A DNA stretch of 64,000 nt. Origin: Aplysia californica. Taxonomy: Eukaryota. Below, piece by piece: positions 37,654-51,579 of this stretch. Numbering within the stretch: position 1 is the stretch's first letter; each line of letters opens with the position of its first letter. Where the stretch lies: positions 1,642,717-1,706,716 of the forward strand of contig NW_004797333.1 in assembly GCF_000002075.1 (NCBI RefSeq), given 5' to 3'. Below the pieces are notes generated by a model that saw only the letters and a list, made by a program, of their open reading frames with translations, did not search any database and was not told the DNA's origin. Made by a program: the position numbers and the translations under genes.

Positions 37654-40600
37654 GTAAGTTTCAATGAATAAGTTTGTGCATAAATGACATTTTACCATAA
37701 TATCTACAAGGGTGTGTATGAACATGCAAAGGTTTTGATCTGGGTATTATTTTTTTTAAAAATTATTTTACAGAAACTTTGTGTTTTTAGCATAAACTCA
37801 TGATTGTGATTGAATGGAAGATCTATGGTTTTATGAATTCTTGTTTTATTGTTTGACATGGCATGCTATTAGCATGCAAAATGCCTTATATACCTCTGTA
37901 CGGGGGGATTATGGTGAGATCATGAAGGTACTCCGCTGAAAAGGCTGATCCATGGATACACTGAATAAAGCTGAGTCAGTACTGCTGTCTGTGGTTTCCG
38001 GTCCCCGAGTCAATGGTTCCCCATTTTACTTTTACCTGCTGCTGTTTTGTATCGTTTCCCCCATCACTTAACGTATGTGACCGTAGCTGTTTGAATGTGT
38101 TTCTCTACTTGAGTTTTTACTAAGATAAAACTCTATTTAATATATGTAAACCCCCCAGGGCGGTGTCACTGACTGAAGTGTCTTTAGGCCATTCCCAAAG
38201 GGGGGGGGGGGACTTTTCTCATTCTAATGCACAGTAGAATTGTAAATGGACTGATCCAACAATGTCATTCTCATAACTGTGCCTGAACGACAATAGGGAA
38301 CTGCTGCTTTTTCTTTCCTAATCCTTACTATCGGGATTTTCCTCTACTTTTTTGTATGTTTGTCACACTCATGTGACCCGCTATTTCCGGGGTGCCTTGA
38401 TAGTCGAAGCAGACCTTGTGCTGTTGAAGCTAGAGAGGTGAGCAGAGTAAGTCTGATTCCCTGTAAGGACTTTGCTGTTGACATCCACCCCTTGGCACTC
38501 ATATGACCTTATGCAGTTGCGAGCGCTGTAAAACCTCTACTAAAACTAAAAACGAATATATATGTACGTTGTTTGTGTTTGGAGGGTGCTCTAGTGTGGT
38601 TTGTTCCTTCTTTCGTATCAAATATCTAATGCCTTTATCTCTCCATATTCTTTTCTTTGTGTGCTACTCTCTAATTTTCAGCACTTTTTTATACCTATTT
38701 GTGCTGCAGGTGTCATAAAACTCTTACTAAAACTAACACCAATCTGTAAGTTGTGACAGTTACAATATTCTCTCTGTATCTGATCGCTCAGTACAGCAAA
38801 ATCTCTGCCTCTGTAGCAGCACAAAGAGTGTACTCATTAAATATAGCTGCTGTAAGCATGTAAGCTCTTCAGTGTGACATTACAAAAATAAACACTCTAA
38901 CGTGAATTTGCTTTTGTAACAAGCCTCTTGATGTCATGATTATCCATTTTCCTACAGCTGTGGCTGAGCCAAATAGATAAAACACTTGAAAGCAGCTTTT
39001 CAGGTCACTCGCATCTAAAATGTTTACTTTATTTTGCATTATACCTCATTTGTCGTGTAGAGAATACCATAATTTTTACCTTGGTAAACGCCAAAGTGTA
39101 CTTCAAGTGTGGCTCTCTCAGTAACTACCAATATTTAGAGGTTTCAGAATATCCAAAGAGGTAGGGGAAAATTGTCACCAAATTGCAGTATGCCAATTAC
39201 TCAGAAACAGCTGAATCAAGCTAAGTCGAATCAAGCTAAGTCAAATCATTTCAAATCAAGAGATATAGAGGTACGTAAATTCACCAGAGACAAACATTTA
39301 TTCAGGAAATATCCTTAAGATTTCAAATCATCAAATGGTTTACATTCAGAATAGCGCATATTTTTTAATCAGTTGTGTGTCGCCTTAATATGTTGTCCTT
39401 AAGTGTTTCAAGTGGCTGTGTGGATGTTTGTTCTGAGGCAGGGATTGTCGTTATGATTAGAAAAAAGAGAAATAGAGAGAATTGACAAGAAAGAAAGATC
39501 ATGTAGGCCTACTGTATACAAAACCAAAGTCTGAGAATGTTGTGAATGTTCTCCTCTTTGTATAGTGCTATTGTAGAAAATGATTTGGATTAGATCTAAA
39601 TGGCAGTAAGTTGATCAAACAGAGAATTTCTCCATCCAAATGTTGTGACAGGTTATGGTTTACATGAAGGTGGGAATGGGGTTTTTTGTATGTAGAGGCT
39701 ACATCTGTGGGCAGCATACAAGTGTAAGAGAGCAACAAACAGCTCATGGTGTCCTCACTATGGGTGCAGGCCACTCCTGCATGCTCCATACATATCTTTT
39801 TCAGTGGTCCCAATGTCCCATCTGCTTTCATTTCAGAATAAACAATGGAAGCAAAGGGAAGTCTGTGTGCTTTTAAATTTAGAGCATGCTGGCGAAAGAT
39901 ATTTTAAAGTGAAAATAGCTTGTGAAAGCCACTTTCTTAATTTACAGACCGACTGTTTTAGGTTAATAGGAATACTAAGCCTGATGGATTTAAATAGGGT
40001 CCAGCGTGTTACTTAGTAAGAAAAATTGCCTCTATCATGAATTTTAGCTTAACAATTTGTTTCCTATGGACAACTTACTTCACTGGCAGATACATGATTA
40101 TGAATAGTTTTATAAATATAATGCAATAATAAAAAGATTTTACCAAATGGAAATAGCAGAATCCCTAGAAATATAGACAGGATTGTTGCATTGTTTACAG
40201 TTTTGAGAAGTTAAAGTTTATCAACTCTATTGGAAAGGTGTTTTTTCTACTTCTTTAATTGCTTTTTTTTTTAGGGGGGGGGGGGGGGGGGGTTAATTTT
40301 CAATTCTTTTTGATAAATATGTTAATTAAAAAAAAATAATTTTCAAAGCAGTGTCAACATTTCGAAGTTACTAAAAAACATTTTTAGATTGTTTTTCTCA
40401 ATATTTTTATTTCAAACATCAACATTTTTTTGGGGCGCTTTTGGCTACCTCAAATACGTTCATGAGTGAGCAGAAAGCAAACACCCTGGATAAGTTTCTT
40501 GCAAGTCATACACCAGAAAGGGCTTTGTGTTTTCCAGAAAGTTTTGAAGTAGAATCATATTTTTCACAAAGCACTTTCTTCTATCACTCGATGTATCCTG

Positions 40601-40862
40601 TGAATGTACATACATGTATATATTTGGTATACTAATAATAGCATTTGGAATAGATATATATGAAAATTATCGAAATATCCCAAATGACAGAGCCACTGAA
40701 GTCCTTTTAAGCAACAGTCGTGTTGGCAGGAAATGCAGATTTTTGTCAATTATTTCGAATGAGTGTATGGGTATTTAGAAGAACAAGTTCAATTTTCTTT
40801 TTCTGTTTTGGGAAGTTTGCATAAAACAGTGGCTCCTGTATTATTTTCTTTGTCTCTTACAG

Positions 40863-40922
40863 GATTCAGCATTAAGGCCATTTTGTTTGAGGACTGCATC
40901 TTGGATGTGAAAGAACTTGGTG
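40863..40922 (+). CDS. ARL15: ARL15 coding exon 3
   Basis: ttacAG / G|GTATGT; 60 bp; GFSIKAILFEDCILDVKELG, with the ARL15-type KELGG G3 variant. Confidence 0.95.
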
Positions 40923-41055
40923 GTATGTTGATGTTCCTTTTTCATTTCGCATGTTTTTTATTTACTTATTTTTTTTGTGGCACTTTTCTTTTTATAAAAA
41001 TTTTTTTAACATTTGTGTATTAGAATTATTTCAACAGAAAGAGAATGAAACAAAT

Positions 41056-41498
41056 GTGTAACGACATGGTGGAATCAGGCGCTCATTCATTTTTGGGCAT
41101 GTGGAGCTATTGGTTTAATCTGAAAGCTTGTTCATTTGCCTTGCTTTTGATGGGAAAAAAAATACCCATCTAGATTATCTAAATAGAAGTCGAGATATTT
41201 ATTGAAGAAGGTGGGGGTCACCTGGTTTCAGAGGTAAAGTGAATGAGAAAATAGCTGCCAAAGTTTAGTAACTTCAGTAGCTTGAGAGGCCTTGAAAAAC
41301 TGAAAATTTACATATATTTTATGTGCCTTTGATCAATGTTTTTCAGTAAAAATTCACGTGGAATGTTTGTTTAACGGACAAAAAAGGCGTTGAGCCACTA
41401 AACGAAAATTTGATAAAAATTGCCAAAGTGGCGAAAGAGTGCCCGTTTCTTGGATTTCCTCATTTTGACAAGCACTTGATTTTACTACGATGCCTCAC
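41056..41498 (+). mobile_element. Sola1-like MITE, copy 1
   Basis: GT..CAC ends with inverted AATCAGGCGCTC motif; AAAT TSD; interior shared with three other copies. Confidence 0.75.
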
Positions 41499-41576
41499 AA
41501 ATGTTGAATGTTTGTGTATATGAATTATTACAACAGAAAAGAAAGAAATTATGTAATGTTTATCTTTTTTTTATAG

Positions 41577-41785
41577 GGGGCGACAAAGTTCGACCATATT
41601 GGGAAAGATACTTCCAGACTTTTCAAGGTATTATCTTCGTAATAGACAGCAGCTCAGAGGAAGGAAAACTGCAGACTGCCAAGACTGAATTGCACAACGC
41701 AGTCAAGCATCAACAACTCAAGTCTCTTCCATTGCTTGTTATTCTCACTGGACAAGATAAAGAAAATGCCCGCAGTGTTGAGGAG
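41577..41785 (+). CDS. ARL15: ARL15 coding exon 4
   Basis: ttatAG / GAG|GTGAGT; 209 bp; GDKVRPYWERYFQTFQGIIFVIDSSS...LPLLVILTGQDKENARSVEE. Confidence 0.95.
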
Positions 41786-42285
41786 GTGAGTACTTTTTCC
41801 TGATTGTTCTGATCTATCTTTGATTTGGGAGATCAAGGCAGTGTTGGTTTATGTCATGCCTAGAATTTGAGTTCTGATTTTGTTTATGATGTGGAATCTT
41901 TTATCTTGTTAGTGAGTAATATTCTATCAGTTTTAATTGGCTTTGAAGCTTGCAAACCTGTACAGATTCTTTTTTTCTTTAAAAAAAATTTTTTTTTTTG
42001 GGGGGGGGGGTCTAAGCCTCCTGGAAGTTGCTTACTTGGGTGTCCTGACTAAACTATGTCCCCCTATGCCAAATGCACAAGATCCAGGCTAATTACCCAT
42101 AGTGGGAACCATAAGCCGGGCTTACCTGGGTGTCAGAATCTAAGGTATTCATTTGTTGACGGCTTCATTACTCCGTTGCTCTTCAATTTTTTTTATTTTA
42201 TTGTAGAATTTAACAATGTTATACTGATTTTCTTTAGTTTTTCACTGAGAATGTGTTTTTCATATTTTACCTATATTCTACACAG

Positions 42286-42471
42286 GTGTCACAGTTTCTA
42301 GAAGCAGATACAACATTTAGTGGTCGACAGTGGCTGATTCGTGGCTGTGTTGTCAGTAACAAGGAGACTTTGCTGGAAATCTTCTCACACTTTAACGAGA
42401 TACTACAGAAAAATTTGGATGCAGAAATAGAGCAGAGGCAGAACTCTCCTCAGCATACGAATCGTTTATGA
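42286..42471 (+). CDS. ARL15: ARL15 coding exon 5 (stop)
   Basis: cacAG acceptor, phase 0; VSQFLEADTTFSGRQWLIRGC...HTNRL*. The five exons sum to 654 nt (217 aa plus stop). Confidence 0.92.
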   Translation: MSQFLEADTTFSGRQWLIRGCVVSNKETLLEIFSHFNEILQKNLDAEIEQRQNSPQHTNRL

Positions 42472-45400
42472 TCAAGAGATTTTCTGTTGAAATAATTGAT
42501 ATGCTGATGATGGCAGTAGTCTGTCATGCATCAGACTTTAAGTGGCTGAAATTTGGATGAGGGCGGTTTCTTTCAAGCTCAGCCACGCAAATTACTGTCA
42601 GATTGGGGGAAGTTTGAAAAGTTTAATGAGTTCCTATTACATTGGAGTCTGGTCTTTAAGAAGAAAATGTACTCCCAAAATGTGGATCAAAATAATGTTA
42701 TAATACGGCATAGATAGTTTTCTGATGTTAGATGATAGTTATCTTATTGTAATACCTTTTCAGATACATAAGGTTCCGTCTTTTTCTCTAGTTATCTTTG
42801 GAGTGGCATCACTCTATTCTTGATCTAGATTGCAGGGATGAAGAACCACGATATAAGTCTCAAGGGAAGAGACTGAATCACATCATGCAGGTTATCTTTC
42901 TGGTATGAGCAAATTAGTACTTTGCAAATATTCATGCAGTTCTTTTGTCTTGTGTTGATAGAGGAAAACAGCCTGATTGGTAGAATGGTATTTGGTGTTA
43001 CACCATATCCAATAAGGCATTTTGTAACGTGTTTGTTGTGGCCGGTTAGATGTGATGAGAGCTCTATGACATGAGATGTTATATTCTATTACTCTTGTTT
43101 ATATTTCAAAGCTTTATGTTCTGTAAGCACTAAAACATACATTTTGTTGTTAAAATATCTGAAAGATTGATTTGATGGTCATTGCCAGTGAAGTCTTCTT
43201 TGTTGCAACTGCTGAATCAGTATTCAATGACTGCTGGAAACTTATCATGGGAGACAAAAAGAGGGTACTTTCAATACCCAATCTGAAATGGAAAGAGCAT
43301 GCTCTGGATACGTTCTTTCTGGATGTCATATTATCAACCCAAAGGAACGACAGGCATATGTTGTGTAATGGTTAATCTCTTCGCCGTTGCATGGAGAAGA
43401 CGGAGCTCAATTCCTCCGTTGGGAAATCAGTTCTCAATCTGTTTGACTGGATGCTGTGTCTGGCTCTGTTTGAGTAGGTCCTGACAGTCCAGATTGAAGC
43501 AGACTGCTCTGTAAATTATCTGAACTGTGTCAGTTGGGGTTCACAAAACACTTACATTATTTGTAACATAATTCTGCTGAGAACAAGTTGTGCTTTGAGG
43601 ATATTTTTTGCTTCCTCACCCTCAGTGACTGGATAATTTGAAGTTGGTTTAGCCATGCAGTGACAATATGTTTTCAAATTTCAAAATGAACGACATTCTG
43701 GTTTACGTTGATGAATAAATTAAGATGGGGAGGAGAGGGGTCGCACGCCTAGTCCTTGGGCAGCTTTTGATCAGGACCTTAATTTGCTCAGATAAGGATG
43801 GAAAACTAAAGCTCTTCCATAAACATTGCAATTGTTTAGGCTGATTGACTGTTGAAAGTCAAAGAAGAGCAGCCCTATCCTGGAAATATCTGAACTCAAT
43901 GTTCCCCAAAACAGAAGAAAATCTTACCAGCATAAATTATGTGTGTAACATCAGCTGTGCTCTGGGAATAAAGAGTTGGCTTCCCCTGTACTATGAAGGA
44001 AGAAAATTGCAGCTGCTGCAGAAGTATAATTTATTTGAACTTTATAGGTAAGCCCTTATTGCAATGCCTTATTGATTGTTATTTGTTTACTTGCACATTT
44101 TGAACTTGTTAAAACTATCATGCTCTGTAGAAAGACCATGAACAGAAATTACTTGTGCATTTCACATGAATATTTTCATTATATGTTCTGTTGGAATATG
44201 CAGCTTTTGTATCCTGTATCACAGCGAGAGGCAAGGAAATGATACCTCTCAAATGTTATGGAGAGGAAAAATGATTGTTTCTGAAGTTTCTCTTCCTTCT
44301 TAAACTATGCAGCTTTGTTATGTACTCCGTGTGTCATTTCTGTATGGTTGTCAATTGAAATTCTTGAAGAAGTAATGTTTAAATGTTGTGTTGAATGTAA
44401 TTAAACTCTGTAGAGTGATGCTTCTATCATTTGTTACTTCTCAGATATAATGCGTTTAAAGAAATGTAGGATGAAAGGCAGAATGTTGCTTGTATATTAT
44501 TCTAGTATTCCCTGTACTTGTCCATGGCTGTTCAGAATTTACAGTGGATCAATATTAACTTGTGCACATGTCATTGGAGAATACAAATTATGTGAGCTGA
44601 CATCTTCCCCCCCCCCCCCCCCCTTTTTTTTTGTTTGTTTGTTTAATTTGTTTCCCACAGCACTGAAATATTGATGACTTAAAAAAAATTTCTCGTGAAG
44701 AGGGGGTTGAAAGAAGTAAACTTGATGCTGGAGATTTAGCTTAGATGTCCTGTTTTGTAATCCCAAGCCGAGTGTGAAGTCCCAGGCAAAAGACGGAATG
44801 AGCTCTTAGCCTATGTCTCCTTATGCGTGACGTGACGTCATGTCGTGCTTGGCATTCGCTAGCGATGAGTCGCGAGGTGTTTCTGACAAGTCAGAGTTGT
44901 TGATGTTCCACAATTTTCCAAATGTTGCATTTGCTAGTTTCAGCTGTTGAATTTATTGGGTGGGATTTTTTGTTTTAAGATGAGATTTTTTTGTCTGTTT
45001 GTTCACGGTATTATATGAAAACTACGCCATTTAGTTTTATAGGAAAGTTCATCAGTTGTCTTTGAAGCTGGTCACAAGGTTGGTTGTTTTTATTATTTGG
45101 AGGGGGGGGGGGGGTTGTTTTTTTTTACCCTCAATTCACTTATGACTTTTAAAGATTTTATAGTGTAGGCCAAACAAAAATGCTGTTTAGTAAGGTTCTA
45201 ATTGTTTCTGAATTTTTTGGCCTGTTTCTAGAGACAGCCTTTTTTCACCATTTTACTGAAACTGTCTTTTATGTAAGGGTTAAGTTAAAGAGTAAACCGC
45301 CTGCCACACACACTTTTACCACTTTTTAAAGTAGATTTTAAGAATCAGAATAGTGAGAAAAATGTACTTGAAGCTGCGGCTATGTTCATCAGCTGAATCT

Positions 45401-45775
45401 TGTGTGTTAATGGAGATGTAAGCAACATTTTGCTTTTTAAAAGAAATCTGTAATAAGTTAGTTTGTTGTTTCCTCTTTTTGTTTAGTTTGATTCAGTTAG
45501 CTCCAGAAATGCTGTCTGCATATATTGCATAGCTCTATTCGTTTTTCTTTTATGGTTTTTAAGTAATACCGGTATTAAATATTTTGATTTCTTGGGTCTG
45601 GTCCTGAAGCACAGTATTATTTAAAAAATCGACCTATCTACGGGTGACCTGATCTGATAGTCGTAAAAACATGAGATGTCTTTTACAGTAAAATCGTTTT
45701 TTAATTTTCTACATGACATTCCAATAGAGGTTTCAGTAGCTGAAATTATTTTGTTGCTCAATTGCTGTTTCATAT

Positions 45776-46209
45776 GTATCCCAATGCGGTAGAATCAGGC
45801 GCTCGTCAATTTTGGGGCATATGGAGTTATTGGTATCCTCTTAAAGTCTGTCCATTTGCCTTGCTTTTAATGAACAAAATATCCATTTATCTTGGATACA
45901 AGTCAAGGAATTGGCGATTGAGGAGGTGGGGGCCACCTGGTTTCAGAGGTCAAATTAGTGACAATATGGCCGCCAAAGTTGAGTTTATTTCCTTAGCTTG
46001 AGAGTCTGTGGAAACAAAAATGTACATCTTTTACGCCTTTAATCAACATTTTTCAGTACAATCCACACAGAAATGTGCTCTTTAAAGGGCATAAAAGGTG
46101 TTGAGCCAAAAAACATAAATTCGATAAAAATTCACAGATCTACGGAAAAATGCCATTTCCTTTTCTTTCATTATTTTGCCGAGTGCCTGATTTCACCATG
46201 CTGCCTCAC
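45776..46209 (+). mobile_element. Sola1-like MITE, copy 2
   Basis: Same family as 41056-41498; ATAT TSD. Confidence 0.75.
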
Positions 46210-47227
46210 ATATATTTTGTATTTCTGCTTACTACTTCAGAACTAGATTAAGTTTAGTGCAATTCTCATTTCAGGAATTTGCGTCATAAAAGTGAAGATG
46301 AACAATATATTTGTTGCTTTCAGAGCTGTAGTTTTATTTGGTGGACTTTTTAGGATAGTTATTAATTAGTGCAAGCAAAAACTTAATCTTCGTTGAGGCA
46401 GATAGAGAATATTGATATTCGGGGCAACTGCACCAAGATTTTTGTTTTGCTCTACTATGATGAAAGATTGAATTTGAACCCTGAGAAATAGTCTTACTGT
46501 TTCTCTTCATGTAGCCTTGAGTTTCTTTTATTGTTATTATTGTTTGTTTTGGCTGGGATGGAGATTTCCATGTCTTTTCTTTTAATGTTATGACACCTCT
46601 TCTTACAGAAAATTCGTCTGATCTAATGGCACTGGTACTAAGATCTTTCTAGATACGTCAACACTCTTATAGGAAAGGTACTTTTGGCCTCTGGGTTGAT
46701 GTGTAGCTGGTTTCTTTTTGTTTACTTTTTATCTTGTGTGTATAAAATGTATTCATGAACATTGCAGGACTATTTAGGATTGGGGGGGGGGTTTTTGGTG
46801 AACATATCTTGGGAAGGGCCTTTACTATTGAGTGTCCAGTCTTTCTTCATACCTATTCACGTCCAAATTTAAAAAAAAAAGAGAAGAACCTTTTAAGGAG
46901 AGCCGCCAAGAACAGAAGAAAAATGTTTGGTAAGGCACAGGGAAAGGATAAAGATTCCTCAACAGTACCATACTTTATTGATCTCAAGAAATTGGTTCTG
47001 GTCATGGACTGCTATAACTGATACTTTATAGTACATACAATCTCTTTTACTCTCTTCAATGACAAACCGTTCTATTGATCTCGAAAAATTCATGCTGGAC
47101 ATGAACAGCTGTAATTGATAAAGAACTATACTTCTTTTCATGCCCCCAGCCTTGGCCCTTCCTGGTGTTTTCAAGATCTTTTAATTTCTGAGTATCCAGA
47201 ACAGAAAAGTGCTCTCCTGATGAAGTA

Positions 47228-48068
47228 CAGTCGAACCTGCCTTAACGAAACATGTCATAACGGAATCTCCCCACTCCCCCTTCAGTCGATTCCTCTATAC
47301 CATAATACACCTGCCTAAGACAGAAACTTGCTCAACCCAGAAATAGAAACAGATATTCCTTCCCCTCGAAGGGTTTTGACTTGTCCAAGACGGAAATTGC
47401 TTTATCAGCTCAGCCAGGATTTGAGACAAAACTTCCCCAAGTTTTGTTCTATTTGCTTTATGCCACACCAACTGGCATGGAAGTGAGTTTAGGGATAGCT
47501 GTTACCCCATCCATGTAAGTGGTGCGAATGGTCAGGGTGGTGTGTGTGAATCTCACCACTGCTTGTGAAAGTGCCCAAGTGGCGCTCCAGCACGGAAACT
47601 CTTCTCTGTAGCGAGAGGTATGAAATAAATTTTAAACAGCTGTTTGCCACCCTGATCGTTTGTAGAGAAAAAAGTTCCTTGAATAGTTGTTAAATCCAAG
47701 GTCAGAGTAGCATTGGTTGATTGTGCTTATTACTTGCATCGATGAGTGGGGTTACGGGTGAAAAGAAAGGAGGCGTGCAATGGTTTCTTTTTTTTTTTAT
47801 TTGTTTTTTTTATTGATCAGTGGTCCTATGAGATGCAAGCACTGGTGGCATTTTATTTTGAAAAACAGAGAATATCACTTTGGAGAATTTGATTTTGTCA
47901 CCACTGCCTGCCAAGTGGACAGGTGACCCTTGTTCCCATCGTGTACAGGCTGACCCTCTGGATGCTCCCACCCCTTCGTTCCCTAGTCCACAACAGAGAA
48001 AATATTTTGAGACCTAACAAAATTTTTTCCTGGCTCATTTGTGATTTCGTCTTGGACAGGTCTGACTG
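47228..48068. mobile_element. Tc1/mariner (pogo/Tigger-like) MITE
   Basis: TA|CAGTCGAACCTGCCTTAACGAAA ... TTTCGTCTTGGACAGGTCTGACTG|TA. Confidence 0.75.
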
Positions 48069-51038
48069 TATTATATTATTTGGCTCAGTGTGAGGTTTGT
48101 TTTTGTTTGTTTTTTTTTGCTTTTCAATTATAAGTAAATGTTGTGTAAATAATCTTGTTGGTATATATTTCCCTTTTACTTTTAGTTTGAATGATCTGAA
48201 TGAACTTAACAAGTTTCGACATCATCATCTTGTCATATGTGATATATTTTTTATATATACATGTTCTTTGGAATCATTTTGTGTATAACTTTCAAGTATG
48301 AAAGTCAGTCTGTCTCTCTCTGTCACTCTCTATCTCTCTCTCTCTTTCTCTGCTTTATATTATGCACACATTCTTAAAGTGTCTTGTATATATATATATA
48401 TATATAAAACAAAGTTTTTATTTTGCAACTGTTTAAAAGTGAATTTCCAAGAAAATTTACATATTGGTATATATTATATACATTTATGTGTGTATAATTT
48501 TTTTTTATCAAATTATAGGTTCTCAGGATATTGTGGGCAAAGGGAACAGTCTTTTCAATGTATGTTTAGGACAGAAGAAATAATGTCTCGATCGTATATA
48601 TATATATATATCTCTTCAAGAACACACATGTACATGATTCTCTTTTGCAAACTTTATATACAGTACTGTATACACATATATAATTTCAATTACTAGCATG
48701 ATCATTTCCCTTTGCTTTTCCCCCCCTCAAGACACAGACTGCAGTTTTGAGGGTTCGATCAGACAAAATTTATTATTGTCGCTTAAAAGCGCAAGCGTCT
48801 ATATTTACATAATATCAGATTTCAACAAGTCTACATGCTGCAGTTTCCAAGTTGTGTGAGTCTTCATTCTATTTTCTGTAGTTAAAGAAACTACAATAGT
48901 GGTAATGTTTTGTTGTCTTTTCTTGGTACAAAATTACCAGTAGCATTGCAAAGTAAAGTAAACTTTGCATTTGATAAAAGTTGCTGAACTCGAGTCAAAG
49001 AGATTCTTACTCACACAAACACTTTTTATTAGAACTTGGAGACTCTCTCACACACAAAAAAAACATTTGCTGTACTCTTTCTAATGATGTATTTCATCCC
49101 CTGTTTAAGGATTTTTGGGACTGAAGTCCTAGTGTGGTGGTTGATACGTAATACTTTGCCTCTATGAAAACTGATGAGTCAATTTTGATTTTGATGAAAT
49201 TTTTAGGTCAAACCAAATGAGATCATATAAATCCTTTGACTGAATTCTTCATTTATATATTTAATGTAACTTTTTTCCCCCTCTGGATATAGATCTTGTC
49301 TCATTTTGAACTGGTATAATTCTGAGGCCCTCTACATTGAAAGAGTATGTGACGATTCACATATGGGAATGTTGTCTTATCCAATTCTTATCCTTGATTA
49401 TTCAACTTGTATAATAGGGGGCAAAAACTATTTACTGCACCTTCTTATTTCATCTTACTCCGATTCTCTTCCGTCCACCAGGTTTATTCTTTTTATCCTC
49501 TTCTTTATTTATGAAATGTGATTTGGAATCTCTCCTCTATTATCAACGAGACTTTTGTCTTTTGTCTAATAAGTTGGGGTTAGTGGGTTGGGTTGGGTTT
49601 TTTTAGGGTTGGGGGAACTCTAGCCTTGAGGGTTCTTCAGTTTTGTTCAAAGCTGATCTTAGCAAATTTGTATGTCTACCTCCAATAATTTAATTATTCA
49701 AAACCACAAAAGAACTCATGAAAAAGGAAATGTGCTTGTCTTGCCCAAGTGAGGCTGTTACAATGTTCAGTGCCTCGTGTTTAAATTGGAGTCAAATTAT
49801 TGCAAGTAGAAGATCAAATTGTAAATCATTTTCACTTGAATAACTACTATTAAAAGAAACAGTGTTTGAGATCATAAGTGGGTCCTGCTTTAAGCTTATT
49901 GTCTGATACAAAGGAAAATTGAAAGCTGTAGAAAATCTTGGCGGTGAGAGAATCTGTTTTCATGATGTCATCGCATTTTGCTCTCAGCTCTGAATTGTTT
50001 GCTTTTTCCTAGAAATCATATATCTTAATAAACACAAGTATTCTATTTCTAGAGATTCCAAACTCGGAACTTATTTAGCTATTTGATGATGACCACTTTG
50101 TATGTTGTACACTGCCTTTACGACTTTTTCCTGAAAACTGTATTATTCGATGTTGATTAAAATTTGACCTGGCTCTTATATCCTTTGGAACCTGTCATAC
50201 TTCCATTACGCCATTATTTTGAATATGTGATTCAGATAAGTGCACCACTACTCACTGAATTGCTCAAAGCACATAGGAAAAATGAATGAATTTATTTTAC
50301 TTATTCAGAGAATTTTGTCTTAACAGGATTAAACATTGCCAGCACAGTACAATGCAAACTTTAAATCTGCTGAAGAACAGTAGTTGTTTACATGAAGTTC
50401 ACTGATTGATATTTTTAGAATATGTATAGATCTAGACCATACTCCTTTGAGTTTAAGGTCTGTATGTTATAATTTGAAGCAGAAATTCTCTACAATTAAA
50501 GAGACTTAAATTCCTTCTTTTTGTTGTAGATAAAAATGTTGATTCCTTTCTTGCCCTTTTCCTTTACAGGTTTAGATGTGATTTTTCATCCTCTTTAACG
50601 TGTGTTTGCTTTTTTGTATTGCAACGTTCTTTTACTGCTTAAGTATTAAGTAGTGAGCTGTAGTTGACAAAAGGCTATTGACAGTTTTATAACAATAATT
50701 ACACTAGTGATGTATAATTTTTTTTGTTTCCTCATTTCTTCCTCTTGTTTGCTTATACTGCAAGTCGGTGAAAGCTGATTGTATGAGATTTTTCAATGCT
50801 ATTTTTCATGATTATTTGCACTTTCTATTTTTTTCTTTATGCTTCTTTTTTTTTTCTCTGATCACAATAGCATAAATATTCCCTATATAATTTGCTTTAT
50901 ATTCTCTGTGTTTTTTAAATACCATAAAAGGATTTGAATAAATGAAATTAATTGAAAATCCATGTGGTATGTAGGTCAAGTGCTGATTTTTTTCTCTGGC
51001 TTCCAGTTTGGATACCCTCTTTTTACCTGAATCTATTT

Positions 51039-51460
51039 GTGTCACAACGCAGTGAAATCAGGCGCTCATCAATTTTTGGGCATGTATAGTTATTGGTATC
51101 ACCTTAAAGCTTGAACATTTGCCTTGCTTTTGATTTTAAAAAATATCCATTTATCTTGAATACAAGTCGACGAATCTGCGATTGAAGGAGGTGGGAGTTA
51201 CTTGGTTTCAGAGGCAAAATTAACGAGAAAAGGGCTGCCAAAATTGTATTTACGTAACCTGAGAATCCGTGGAATCTGACAATTTACATTTTTTGTGCTT
51301 TAATTTTTCAGCTAAACATGGGTTCTTAAATGGATATAGACCTAATAGTGTTGAGCCAAAAATGAAATTTTCGATAAAAAATTGCCAAATTGGCAGAATA
51401 ATGCCAGTTTCTTCAATTTCATTATTTTGAAGAGCGCCTGATTTCACCACACTGCTTCAC
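51039..51460 (+). mobile_element. Sola1-like MITE, copy 3
   Basis: Same family; ATTT TSD. Confidence 0.75.
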
Positions 51461-51579
51461 ATTTCTCTTTGTGCCATCTGCCCCTTCTCCCGACACAGTG
51501 TAAGTGGAATTAAATTTCTTATCAGACATCAATTTTACCTTTTCTTGCCTTTCTGATATTAACGTACAAATTATTGTTG

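Noticed and set aside
37897-38168. Possible solo LTR (TGTAC...TGTCA with internal AATAAA)
   Set aside because: No matching 4-6-bp TSD and no second copy in the window.
49165-49215. Hammerhead-like CTGATGAG-TCAA..TTGA-TGAAA..GTC
   Set aside because: Stem II is plausible, but stem III is minimal and the stem I arms cannot pair; at best a dead or chance match.
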